Shown: one piece after another, positions 53,369 to 64,000 of the stretch | Position numbering within the stretch: position 1 is the first letter of the stretch | How the letters are laid out: every line of letters starts with the position of its first letter | The notes under the pieces: generated by a model | Databases searched by the model: none | Seen by the model: only the letters and a program-made list of their open reading frames with translations | Told to the model about the DNA's origin: nothing | From: Phycisphaeraceae bacterium | GTDB lineage: Bacteria > Planctomycetota > Phycisphaerae > Phycisphaerales > UBA1924 | Length of the DNA stretch: 64,000 bases | Assembly: GCA_019636675.1 (NCBI GenBank) | Contig: JAHBXC010000001.1 | Span: 1,235,007 to 1,299,006, forward strand | Direction of reading: 5' to 3' | Made by a program: the position numbers and the translations under genes

Positions 53369-54967
53369 TCAGTTGCAGTCGGTGCCGAATTCGGAGAGGA
53401 CGCCGTTGAGGTCGGAGAAGTTCACGACGCCGTCGTTGTTGACGTCGGCCGGGTTGCCGGGGCCGGTCTGGCCGAAGGCGCTGAGGACGACGTTGAGGTC
53501 GGAGAAGTTCACGACGTTGTCGCCGTTGGTGTCGGCGGTGAGGGTGCAGGAAGCCGGGCCGACGATCGCGGCGGCGATGGTGGCCGGGCCGCCGCTGCGG
53601 TACATGGTGATGGTTGCCTCGCTCTGCTCGGGGGCGGAGGACGAGGTGAACCAGAAGGAGTAGGTGGTGCCCCAGCGGAGCGCGTTGGCGTTGGGGTTCT
53701 GCGCGAAGCTGTCGGTCATCCAGGACTGGACGCCGCCGCTGTTGCTGGAAGCCCAGGGGGTGTTGGAGAAGGGAGCGGCGCCGTTGTGGCCGTCGTTGGA
53801 GTGATAGAAGGGCGAGTGGAAGCCGACGTTGGTGAGGGTGGAGTTGCCGACGGGGACGCTGAACCCGCGACCGGAGAGGTGCGAGTCGAGGTTGTGGACG
53901 GCGTACTCGTAGCGCCAGGTGCCGTCGCCGTTGTCGTAGGCGCGAGAGGCGACGATGACGCGACCGTCGCCGGGGACGTCGATGTAGTCGAGCTGGACGT
54001 TGGGATCGACGTCCTGCCAGCCGACGATCGCGGGCTTGGTGCGCTGGGTCGCGCTCTGGAAGGAGGGCTGGAGAGACGTGTTGAACGCCACGCGACGGTA
54101 CGACGCGTTGTTCCAGCCGTTGCCGGCGGCGGCGTCGTCGGGGGTCACGTAGTGACCCTCGGCGAAGTAGATGGCGCCGGTGTTCTGCGCGGGGGTGACA
54201 TCGGTGGTGAGGACCTGGAGGCGGCGGCCGATGGTGCCGGGGTAGGAGGCGTTGAAGAAGGGATAGTTGAAGAAGCCGGTGGCGGCGTTGACCTGCCAGC
54301 GCGGGCCGAGGTTGCTCTGGCTCGCGTTGAGAGAGGTGGAGTAGGGGTCGGAGCAGAAGATGCCGAGGCGGCTGCCGGTGCCCGAGCTCTGGCAGGGGTT
54401 CTGCGCGGTGGCGCAGAGGTTCTGCTGCAGGGCGGTGAAGCCGTGCTTGAGGTGGGACATGCCGATCATCATGAAGCGGCCGTCCTTGAGGCGGTAGAGG
54501 TTCTGCCCGATGACGGGGTGCTGGTTGTTGCTGGAGATCCAGAGCAGCTGGGCGTCGCCGATGTTGCACGAGGTGGTGCCGATGGCGTAGGCGGTGATGC
54601 CGCTAACGGTGCCGTAGAGGCCCATGCCGTTGAGGTCGCCGACGATGACGTCGGGGCCGATGCCGCCGCGGGGGCAGTCGGCGCACGCGCCGCTGGTGGC
54701 GCCTGCGGCGTAGTCGTGCATCACGTCGATCTCGATGCCGTTGGCGGCGAGCTGATCCATGATGGCGTCGGCCTCGGCAGACTGGCCCATGTCACGGAGC
54801 ATCTGGGCGAGGCGCGCCATGGTGGTGGCGTCGTTGGGGTCCTCTTTGAGGGCGGACTGGATGGCGCCCAGCCCGAGCTCGTTGACGACGGGCGTCTCGG
54901 CGGCGAGCGCAGCGGAGGGGACGGCCACAGCAAGGCCGACGACAGCGAGGAACGGATATCGCATCAT
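53369..54967 (-). CDS. Large secreted Cys-rich protein of unrecognised family (paralogue 1) with a C-terminal double dockerin-like module
   Basis: The signal is MMRYPFLAVVGLAVAVPSAALA. A helical TPR-like N-region follows. Conserved motifs are CADCP, TSCNIG, HLKHGFTALQQ, and IFCSDPY. The C-terminus is CTLTADTNGDNVVNFSDLNVVLSAFGQTGPGNPADVNNDGVVNFSDLNGVLSEFGTDCN. Confidence 0.85.
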   Translation of the reverse strand: MMRYPFLAVVGLAVAVPSAALAAETPVVNELGLGAIQSALKEDPNDATTMARLAQMLRDMGQSAEADAIMDQLAANGIEIDVMHDYAAGATSGACADCPRGGIGPDVIVGDLNGMGLYGTVSGITAYAIGTTSCNIGDAQLLWISSNNQHPVIGQNLYRLKDGRFMMIGMSHLKHGFTALQQNLCATAQNPCQSSGTGSRLGIFCSDPYSTSLNASQSNLGPRWQVNAATGFFNYPFFNASYPGTIGRRLQVLTTDVTPAQNTGAIYFAEGHYVTPDDAAAGNGWNNASYRRVAFNTSLQPSFQSATQRTKPAIVGWQDVDPNVQLDYIDVPGDGRVIVASRAYDNGDGTWRYEYAVHNLDSHLSGRGFSVPVGNSTLTNVGFHSPFYHSNDGHNGAAPFSNTPWASSNSGGVQSWMTDSFAQNPNANALRWGTTYSFWFTSSSAPEQSEATITMYRSGGPATIAAAIVGPASCTLTADTNGDNVVNFSDLNVVLSAFGQTGPGNPADVNNDGVVNFSDLNGVLSEFGTDCN

Positions 54968-55077
54968 TCACACTCCCTTTTCGATCCCACGGACAGTGGA
55001 CAGTGACAGCACAAACAGGAATGCCCCAGGGGACCGCGAAGTCCGCTGGGGCGGTGTTCATATCGCCGAACGGGGCG

Positions 55078-56679
55078 TTAGTTGCAGTCGATGCCGAACT
55101 CGGAGAGGACGGCGTTGAGGTCGGAGAAGTTGACGGCGCCGTCGTTGTTGACGTCGGCCGGGTTGCCGGGGCCGGTCTGGCCGAAGGCGCTGAGGACGAC
55201 GTTGAGGTCGGAGAAGTTCACGACGTTGTCGCCGTTGGTGTCGGCGGTGAGGGTGCAGGTGGCGGCGGGAGCGACGACGCGGGCGGTGATGCTGCCGCCG
55301 TTCTTAAAGAAGCCGATGGTGGCGTCGGTCTCCTCGGGGCCGGCGTTGGCGGTGAAGCGGAAGTTGTAGAGGGTGCCCCAGCGGAGGGCGAAGGAGTTGG
55401 GGCCGACGTCGACGAGCGACCAGACCATGTCGGAGCCGCTGACCTGCGAGGTCCAGGGGGTCATGTCGTAGGTGACGCCGCTGATGCCGTCGCCGGAGTG
55501 GTAGCGAACGCCCTTGAAGCCCATGCCGGTGATGTTGGCGGAGCCGACGGGGACGCGGAAGTTACGACCGGAGGCGTCGTTGTTGAGGTTGTACACGGCG
55601 TACTCGTAGTCCCAGGTGCCGTCGCCGTTGTCGTAGGCGCGGGAGGCGACATAGAGACGACCGTCGGTCGCGGGCTCGACGATGTCGAGGAGGACCTCGT
55701 TATCGATGGCCTTCCAGGCCTCGATGGCGGGCTTGGTGCGGACCGTGGCGCCCTGGGTGGCGAACTGCGCGCCGATGGGGCGGATCTCGCGGTAGGAGGC
55801 GTTGTTGCCGCCGTTGCCGGCCTGCGAGTCGTCGAGGGCGATGTAGTGGCCCTCGGCGAAGAAGCGGTTGGCGGGGTAGGGGTAGTTCGTCACGTCGGTG
55901 ACGGCGACGTTGATGCGGCGACCGAGGGTGGCGTCGGAGTACGAGCCGCCCTGGAACGGATACGCGAACTGGCCGGTGAAGGGGTTGACCTGCCAGCGGG
56001 GCCCGAGGCGGGACTGCTGGCCGTTGAGGGACGCGTCGTAGGGGTCGGAGCAGAAGATGCCGAGGGTCTGCATGCAGCCGCCGCCAGTGGGCTGGCAGGG
56101 GTTGCCGGGGGTCTGGCAGATGCCCTGCTGGAGGGCGCAGAAGCCGTGCTTGAGGTGGCCGATGCCGATCTGCTCGAAGCGACGCCCGTCGTAGCGGTAC
56201 ATGTTCTGCGCGATGACGGGGTGCTGGTTGTTGTTCTGGAACCAGTTGAGGATCTGGGTTCCGACGTTGCAGGAGGTGGTGGCGATGGAGTAGGCGCGGA
56301 AGCCGTTGGACTCGCCGAAGTAGCCGACGCCGGGGAGGTCGCCGACGATGACGTCAGCGCCGGTGTTGCCGAGCTCGCAGCCGACGCAATCGCCGCGGGC
56401 GATCTTGGCGCCGGGATAGAGCATGTCTTCGATGTTGGGGTCGAGTTCGATCGCGTCCATGATCATGGCGCGTCCCTCGGCCTCCTGCCCGAGCTCGATG
56501 AGCATGGACGCGAGACGAAGGCGGGTGGACGCGTCGCCCTGACCGGCATCGACGATGTCGGCGAGCGAACGGATGATGTCGGCCTGGGTGACGGCGGGGG
56601 TGGCGGGAACAACTTCGGCGACTGCGCCAGCCGACAGGATCGCGGCGGCGGACAGACCGAACACAAATCGTCTTTTCAT
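55078..56679 (-). CDS. Large secreted Cys-rich protein of unrecognised family (paralogue 2) with a C-terminal double dockerin-like module
   Basis: The start is ATG 56679 (MKRRFVFGLSAAAILSAGAVA). It is collinear with 53369..54967 (CVGCE, TSCNVG, HLKHGFCALQQ, IFCSDPY). The C-terminal module is near-identical. Confidence 0.85.
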   Translation of the reverse strand: MKRRFVFGLSAAAILSAGAVAEVVPATPAVTQADIIRSLADIVDAGQGDASTRLRLASMLIELGQEAEGRAMIMDAIELDPNIEDMLYPGAKIARGDCVGCELGNTGADVIVGDLPGVGYFGESNGFRAYSIATTSCNVGTQILNWFQNNNQHPVIAQNMYRYDGRRFEQIGIGHLKHGFCALQQGICQTPGNPCQPTGGGCMQTLGIFCSDPYDASLNGQQSRLGPRWQVNPFTGQFAYPFQGGSYSDATLGRRINVAVTDVTNYPYPANRFFAEGHYIALDDSQAGNGGNNASYREIRPIGAQFATQGATVRTKPAIEAWKAIDNEVLLDIVEPATDGRLYVASRAYDNGDGTWDYEYAVYNLNNDASGRNFRVPVGSANITGMGFKGVRYHSGDGISGVTYDMTPWTSQVSGSDMVWSLVDVGPNSFALRWGTLYNFRFTANAGPEETDATIGFFKNGGSITARVVAPAATCTLTADTNGDNVVNFSDLNVVLSAFGQTGPGNPADVNNDGAVNFSDLNAVLSEFGIDCN

Positions 56680-57162
56680 CTGAATGGTCCTCAGTTCTCG
56701 TGACAGGTACAGAGATCCCGGGCCAGACCGGGGGTACACCCATGCTACTTCATGAAACCGGCTCTGCAACACAAAAATGGCCCTCCGGGAAGATTCTCTT
56801 TGCCGGATATTCGGTGCCTGTTATCCCCTGATGACGGCGAGCCCCGACCCGGCCTCACGGGGAGAGCCGGCGCGTTCGCGACCGCCAACCTGGCAGGCGG
56901 CAAGGGGTTCCGGCATGCCGAAGGCGTCACAAATCGCGCCAGGTCTCACCCGGGGGCGTGGAAACGCCGATCTTGGACAATCTTCGCCGGACATCCACGG
57001 CGCCACGCTCGCTCATGTTCTCAGACGAAATCCTCACCGGCGCGTCCTCGGGCAATCCCTGAGACCACGCGCGACGAACCTAGTCTTGCACAGACGCGTC
57101 CTTGCTGGACGCAACGCCTCCAACCCCGGGCGCACCCGGGGCCTTGAGCAGGGAGAGCAGAC

Positions 57163-59730
57163 ATGTTTGAACGCTTCACCGATCGCGCGCGCAAGGTCAT
57201 GGCTCTGGCCAACCAGGAAGCGCAGCGTTTCAACCACGAATACATCGGGACCGAGCACATCCTGCTCGGGCTCGTCAAGGAGGGCTCCGGCGTCGGGGCC
57301 AACGTCCTGAAGAACCTCGACGTGGACCTGCGCAAGGTCCGGCTCGAGGTCGAGAAGCTCGTGAAGCCCGGGCCCGAGATGGTCACGATGGGCAAGCTGC
57401 CCCAGACCCCTCGCGCCAAGAAGGTGATCGAGTACGCGATCGAAGAGGCGCGCAACCTCAACCATAATTATGTTGGCACCGAGCACCTGCTGCTGGGCCT
57501 GCTGCGCGAGCACGACGGCGTGGCCGCCCAGGTCCTGATGAACCTCGGGCTCAAGCTCGAGGAGGTCCGCGAGGAGGTGCTGAACCTCCTGGGCGCCGGC
57601 ATGGACTCCGACGACGCCGAGGCCGGCAAGGGCGCTGGCGGGCCGACGGGCGAGCCCGGCGAGGCGATCGCCGGCGCGCCCGGCGCGGGCCCGGACGGGC
57701 GACGCAGCCGGTCGAAGACCCCGGCGCTGGACTCGTTCGGTCGCGACCTGACGGAGCTGGCGAAGGAGGGTCAGCTGGACCCGGTGATCGGTCGCGCCAA
57801 CGAGATCGAGCGCGTGGTGCAGATCCTGTGCCGTCGCACGAAGAACAACCCGGTGCTGCTGGGCGAGGCGGGCGTGGGCAAGTCGGCGATCGTCGAGGGC
57901 CTGGCGCAGCTGATCGTGAGCAACGAGGTGCCGGAGATCCTGTCCGAGAAGCGCCTGGTGGTGCTGGACCTGGCGATGATGGTCGCCGGGACGAAGTACC
58001 GCGGGCAGTTCGAGGAGCGGATCAAGGCGGTGATGAACGAGGTCCGTCGCGCCAAGAACGTGATCCTGTTCATCGACGAGCTGCACACGCTGGTGGGCGC
58101 CGGCGGCGCGGAGGGCGCGATCGACGCGTCCAATGTGCTCAAGCCCGCGCTGGCTCGTGGCGAGATCCAGTGCATCGGCGCGACCACCTTCGACGAGTAC
58201 CGCAAGTACATCGAGAAGGACGCGGCGCTGTCCCGTCGCTTCCAGCCCATCACGGTCGACCAGCCCACGGCCGATCAGACCGTCGAGATCCTCAAGGGCC
58301 TTCGCGACAAGTACGAGGCGCACCATAGGGTGCAGATCACCGACGACGCGATCAAGGCGGCGGTCGAGCTGTCGGGCCGGTACATCACCGGTCGCGTGCA
58401 GCCGGACAAGTCGATCGATGTCATCGACGAGGCGGGCGCTCGGGTGCGTCTGCGCTCGATGAGCAAGCCGCCGGATCTGTCCGACCTCGAGGAGCAGATC
58501 GAGCGTCTGTCGATCGAGAAGGACGAGTCGGTCAAGAACGCCGACTACGAGCGCGCCGCCGAGCTGCGCGACAAGGCCGAGCAGCTGCGCAAGCAGAAGG
58601 AAGAGATGCAGCGCAAGTGGCGCGAGGAACGCGCCCGCGAGGTCGACGGCACGGTGGACGAGGAGGTCATCGCCGAGGTGGTCTCCAAGATGACCGGCGT
58701 GCCCCTGACCCGTCTCGAGAGCGAGGAGGCCGAGCGCCTGCTGCGCCTCGAGGCCGAGCTGCACAAGAAGGTCATCAGCCAGGACGACGCGGTCAAGGCG
58801 ATCTCTCGCGCGCTGCGCCGTGCACGCGCCGGGCTCAAGGACCCCAAGCGCCCCATGGGCTCGTTCATCTTCGTCGGGCCCTCGGGCGTCGGCAAGACGC
58901 TGCTCTCCAAGGCGCTGGCGCACTTCATGTTCGGCGACGAGGAGGCCCTGATCCACCTCGACATGTCCGAGTACATGGAGAAGCACAACGTGAGCCGCCT
59001 GATCGGCGCGCCCCCGGGGTACGTCGGGTACGAGGAGGGCGGGCAGCTCACCGAGCGCGTCCGTCGTCGCCCGTACTCGGTCGTGCTGCTCGACGAGATC
59101 GAGAAGGCGCACCCCGATGTGTTCAACATGCTCCTCCAGATCATGGAGGAGGGGCGCCTCACCGACTCGTTCGGGCGTCACGTCGACTTCCGCAACACCG
59201 TCATGATCATGACCAGCAACATCGGCGCTGATCTGATCAAGGGCGGCGGCGGGTTCGGCTTCAGCAAGCGCGACGAGCAGCAGAACTTCGACAGCATCAA
59301 GTCGGTGCTCAGCAAGGAGATCGAGCGCTACTTCCGCCCCGAGTTCATCAACCGCCTCGACGAGGTGATCGTGTTCCGTCCGCTCAACCGCGACGACCTG
59401 GTGCACATCATCGAGCTGGAAGTGGGCAAGGTGTCGAACCGGCTGAAGACCACGCACAACATCACGCTCGAGCTCGACCAGGCCGCGAAGGACTTCCTCA
59501 TCGAGAAGGGCTACAACCCCGACTTCGGCGCCCGCCCCCTCCGCCGCGCGATCGGCCAGTACATCGAGGACCCGCTCTCCGAGCAGCTGCTCATGGGCGA
59601 CCTCAAGGACAAGGCCGGCGTTCGCGTGACGCGCAAGGAAGGTCAGGACCACCTCTACTTCGAGTCCGAGGACCGTCCTGCGGAGAGCGCGAGCGAGAAG
59701 GCCGCGGAAGCGAGCGCCGGCTCGACCTGA
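57163..59730 (+). CDS. clpC: ATP-dependent Clp protease ATP-binding subunit ClpC
   Basis: The SD GGGAGAG precedes the ATG. There are two Clp_N repeats ([16 protein letters not shown].., [15 protein letters not shown]..). The Walker A motifs are [13 protein letters not shown] and [13 protein letters not shown]. The middle domain has a UVR-like [16 protein letters not shown]. The sensor motif is GARPLRR. Confidence 0.95.
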   Translation: MFERFTDRARKVMALANQEAQRFNHEYIGTEHILLGLVKEGSGVGANVLKNLDVDLRKVRLEVEKLVKPGPEMVTMGKLPQTPRAKKVIEYAIEEARNLNHNYVGTEHLLLGLLREHDGVAAQVLMNLGLKLEEVREEVLNLLGAGMDSDDAEAGKGAGGPTGEPGEAIAGAPGAGPDGRRSRSKTPALDSFGRDLTELAKEGQLDPVIGRANEIERVVQILCRRTKNNPVLLGEAGVGKSAIVEGLAQLIVSNEVPEILSEKRLVVLDLAMMVAGTKYRGQFEERIKAVMNEVRRAKNVILFIDELHTLVGAGGAEGAIDASNVLKPALARGEIQCIGATTFDEYRKYIEKDAALSRRFQPITVDQPTADQTVEILKGLRDKYEAHHRVQITDDAIKAAVELSGRYITGRVQPDKSIDVIDEAGARVRLRSMSKPPDLSDLEEQIERLSIEKDESVKNADYERAAELRDKAEQLRKQKEEMQRKWREERAREVDGTVDEEVIAEVVSKMTGVPLTRLESEEAERLLRLEAELHKKVISQDDAVKAISRALRRARAGLKDPKRPMGSFIFVGPSGVGKTLLSKALAHFMFGDEEALIHLDMSEYMEKHNVSRLIGAPPGYVGYEEGGQLTERVRRRPYSVVLLDEIEKAHPDVFNMLLQIMEEGRLTDSFGRHVDFRNTVMIMTSNIGADLIKGGGGFGFSKRDEQQNFDSIKSVLSKEIERYFRPEFINRLDEVIVFRPLNRDDLVHIIELEVGKVSNRLKTTHNITLELDQAAKDFLIEKGYNPDFGARPLRRAIGQYIEDPLSEQLLMGDLKDKAGVRVTRKEGQDHLYFESEDRPAESASEKAAEASAGST

Positions 59731-59768
59731 CGCGACGCACCCGCACTCCCCCCCCACGACCCCACCGA

Positions 59769-59802
59769 CGCCCGCTCGCGACCTCGCGCAGCGGGCGTTT
59801 TT
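59769..59802 (+). terminator. Rho-independent terminator of clpC
   Basis: The 8-bp stem cgcccgct / agcgggcg is followed directly by ttttt. Confidence 0.75.
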
Positions 59803-59893
59803 CATTCCGGTGCGAGTGTCACAGAAATGATCCACGCGCCATCCACGAGATTTTCTTGCGCGTTGACTGATTCGGATGATCTGGTAGGTTGGC

Positions 59894-60985
59894 GTGATGC
59901 GCCCAACGCCGCGTCGCGGCATCCCGGGATGTGTGCGCAGCGTTCCTCGCGATCGCGCGTTTACGCTTGTCGAGCTGCTGGTGGTCGTGGCGATCATCGG
60001 GGCCCTGACGGGGCTGCTGATCCCTGCGCTGGGCTCGATGCGCGCGATGTCCCGTCGGGCGGCGTGCGCGACGAACCTGCGCGAACTGCACAGCGCGACC
60101 ATGGCGTGGGCCGCCAGCAACAAGGACCACCTGCCCGGGATCAACACCACCGGCCAGCCCTATCTGCGCCTGCAGGACTCGCTGCGCCTCACCGGCAACA
60201 CCTCCCCCACCACACCGACCTCGGTGTTCGACTGGATCAGCCCGACGATGGGCGACGCGATGGGCTTCTCCCCCAACCGCGCCGAGCGCACGGCGCAGAT
60301 CTTCGATCGCCTGGCGTGCCCCGACTCCCGGCGCATGAACAACGCGCTCTACGGGCCCACGAGCGTGCCGGACTTCGCGGATTTCGATCGCATCCACCGC
60401 TCGGGCCCGGGGTTCAGGCAGATCTCGTACTTGTCGCCGGCGTCGTTCCATCTGATGGGCAAGCGCGACACGGGCAGCCCGTGGACCTCGCCCACCGGTG
60501 GCTGGCACTACCCCTATCGCGGGCCGGTCGAGACGCCCTCTGCGTACAAGCCCCGGACCTACGCCGTCGGCGCGCCGGCGGCGAAGATCTGGGTCGCCGA
60601 CGGGACACGCTATGTCGCGTCGCCCACGGTTCTGGACTTCGATGTGAACCCGCGACCCCACTTCTACGGCTCGTTCACCTCGAGCGGGCCGATCTATGTC
60701 GGGTCGACGGCGTACGGGCAGGACCCCAGCCAGGTCGAGTTCCCGGGCGGGCAGACCGCGGAGCGCGTGCTGCCTCGCAGCGTCTACCCGCACAACGCGC
60801 GCCGGTCGTACCGGCACTCGGGGTCGATCCAGGCGATGTACTTCGACGGCCACATGGACACACTCACCGAGAAGCAGTCTCGCACCGACGCGCGCCCGTG
60901 GTACCCCAAAGGCAGCCGCTTCACGGGCATCCGCGCGACGAGCGACTCGCTCAACTTCCACACCGTCGGTGAAGAACTGAACTGA
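59894..60985 (+). CDS. Prepilin-type N-terminal cleavage/methylation-domain protein, DUF1559-like
   Basis: The leader is RDRAFTLVELLVVVAIIGALTGLLIPAL. The C-terminal YFDGHMDTL tail resembles that of the other two members in the window. Confidence 0.8.
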   Translation: MMRPTPRRGIPGCVRSVPRDRAFTLVELLVVVAIIGALTGLLIPALGSMRAMSRRAACATNLRELHSATMAWAASNKDHLPGINTTGQPYLRLQDSLRLTGNTSPTTPTSVFDWISPTMGDAMGFSPNRAERTAQIFDRLACPDSRRMNNALYGPTSVPDFADFDRIHRSGPGFRQISYLSPASFHLMGKRDTGSPWTSPTGGWHYPYRGPVETPSAYKPRTYAVGAPAAKIWVADGTRYVASPTVLDFDVNPRPHFYGSFTSSGPIYVGSTAYGQDPSQVEFPGGQTAERVLPRSVYPHNARRSYRHSGSIQAMYFDGHMDTLTEKQSRTDARPWYPKGSRFTGIRATSDSLNFHTVGEELN

Positions 60986-60995
60986 GCGGGCGCGG

Positions 60996-63032
<2,037 letters not shown>

Positions 63033-63118
63033 GGGGGGAGGGTAGGCGTGCGCGGGTGGGCTGAATCCTTCGCGAGCGCCGGATCACGCCAGCGGGTGAT
63101 CACCGGCGTCGCGATGCT

Positions 63119-63994
63119 CTAGAAGTCACGCCCCAGGTGCCCGTCCAGTGTGGCGAAAACGGGCCTTCCGGGCCTTCCGGCGGCTGATTGGGGATGAACG
63201 CCTGTTGGCGCGGCGGTGGATTCTTCATGCACCGCCGCGTGGCCGTCGGCGAACGCGACCGCCAGGTGGTTGGCACGCAGCCCTCGCGTGTAGACGAGCA
63301 CGCCCTTGGCTGCGGGTGTTCGGATATTCAAGTGCTTGACCCTCATGTAGTGCTGCGAGTACTCGATGAACGAACGGGGATGCGTTGGCGATGCCAGCCA
63401 TATGTCTGGTCTCGTGAGCATCGGGTCGGGGTAGCGGTAGTGGGAGGCCATCCACCCGTACGCAATCTCGGGGCCGCCGATCGCGAGAATATCGTCGAGC
63501 CGTTCCGGCGTGTCTGGTCCGATGGTTGCGTGCCAATGCGGCGAAGGCGTCAGCCCGCTTTCGAGCAGGACTCTCGGCCAGAGCGTGTTGTGATTGAGGT
63601 AGTGCATCTCCGGTTCGATGCCCGCGCCGAGTTCGGTGTAGAACCAGTTGTGCGCAGCCGTGTCGGGAAGCCCCGCGTTGACGACGACGCCGTCGTGATC
63701 GTTCGCCCACGCGAAGAAGTCCTGCATCGTCGCGCCCATGTTGCGGATGTTGACGAGATCGTCCTGCTTCACCTTGAAGTTCCGGATCACCGGGACGCTG
63801 ATGAGCAGCAGCACGCTGATCACGAACGCGACGACCAGCAATTCGACAAGCGTGACGGCGCGATCGTAGGCAGGCTTTGACTTTTGCCGGGCTCGCTGCG
63901 TGTTTACTTTTGAAGAATGGTCTTCAAGCGCCAAAGAGCGGCACTGAACGGAAGTCCGCTGAAGCCTGAGAGGAAGTACGATCCTTTCGTCCAT
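63119..63994 (-). CDS. Prepilin-type N-terminal cleavage/methylation-domain protein (DUF1559-like), lower GC than its surroundings
   Basis: The leader is YDRAVTLVELLVVAFVISVLLLISVP. The C-terminal motif is AFADGHAAVHE. The start choice is uncertain because the pre-leader is long. Confidence 0.7.
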   Translation of the reverse strand: MDERIVLPLRLQRTSVQCRSLALEDHSSKVNTQRARQKSKPAYDRAVTLVELLVVAFVISVLLLISVPVIRNFKVKQDDLVNIRNMGATMQDFFAWANDHDGVVVNAGLPDTAAHNWFYTELGAGIEPEMHYLNHNTLWPRVLLESGLTPSPHWHATIGPDTPERLDDILAIGGPEIAYGWMASHYRYPDPMLTRPDIWLASPTHPRSFIEYSQHYMRVKHLNIRTPAAKGVLVYTRGLRANHLAVAFADGHAAVHEESTAAPTGVHPQSAAGRPGRPVFATLDGHLGRDF

Positions 63995-64000
63995 CGCTCT

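Noticed and set aside
53363-56703. Plus-strand ORFs of 547 and 566 aa antisense to the two Cys-rich paralogues.
   Set aside because: They are Gly/Ala/Val/Asp-rich with no start context. The minus-strand frames have SDs, signal peptides and conserved paralogous blocks.
56680-57162. Regulatory operators (CtsR box, CIRCE) or small genes in the 480-nt region upstream of clpC.
   Set aside because: No GGTCAAA direct repeats or TTAGCACTC-N9-GAGTGCTAA inverted repeat were found. The ORFs there (56752..57147, 56777..57310) have a biased composition and overlap the clpC start.
57034-60150. 1038-aa minus ORF antisense to clpC.
   Set aside because: It is an off-frame artefact. clpC on the plus strand is unambiguous.

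Overview
This is a very GC-rich (about two-thirds G+C or more by eye), densely coding bacterial chromosomal window with about 60 genes. I saw no rRNA, tRNA, CRISPR array, transposase, integrase or phage genes. The gene content suggests a Planctomycetota (Phycisphaerae-like) genome, but that is inference: six PEP-CTERM-tailed secreted proteins, three prepilin-leader/DUF1559-like proteins, many dockerin-like Ca-binding repeats, and a TPR Ser/Thr kinase.

Housekeeping genes:
- A complete trpEGDCFBA operon with start/stop overlaps at all six junctions. It is preceded by a candidate 15-codon leader peptide with tandem Trp codons (MLASPHTRGWWRPAP) and mutually exclusive hairpins.
- metH, tyrS, clpC, uppP, an ABC-F ATPase, an arsR-arsC-acr3 arsenic operon, and an exported msrB-msrA fusion.
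- A NatAB-like ABC-2 transporter, a CDF transporter, a TauE/SafE permease, and a Ser/Thr kinase convergent with an FHA-PP2C phosphatase.

Most interesting observations:
1. A 258-nt in-frame, low-GC insertion with a perfect palindrome sits inside the essential tyrS gene. It resembles a Rickettsia-palindromic-element-like selfish insertion.
2. An eight-gene co-directional minus-strand island spans 47.9-56.7 kb. It holds three tandem small secreted paralogues, an orphan FabF-like ketosynthase, two large Cys-rich secreted paralogues and a YdbS/YdbT-like PH-domain membrane pair. All five secreted proteins end in cysteine-bracketed dockerin-like modules, and the two large genes share a 123-nt perfectly identical tract.
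3. A CaCA antiporter is fused to a PTP-like CX5R domain and a cytochrome c'-like C-terminal CXXCH domain.
4. A 28-bp-stem hairpin followed by a tandem 17-mer lies between DUF971 and tyrS.

Most other long ORFs in the six-frame track are off-frame or antisense artefacts of the high GC content.
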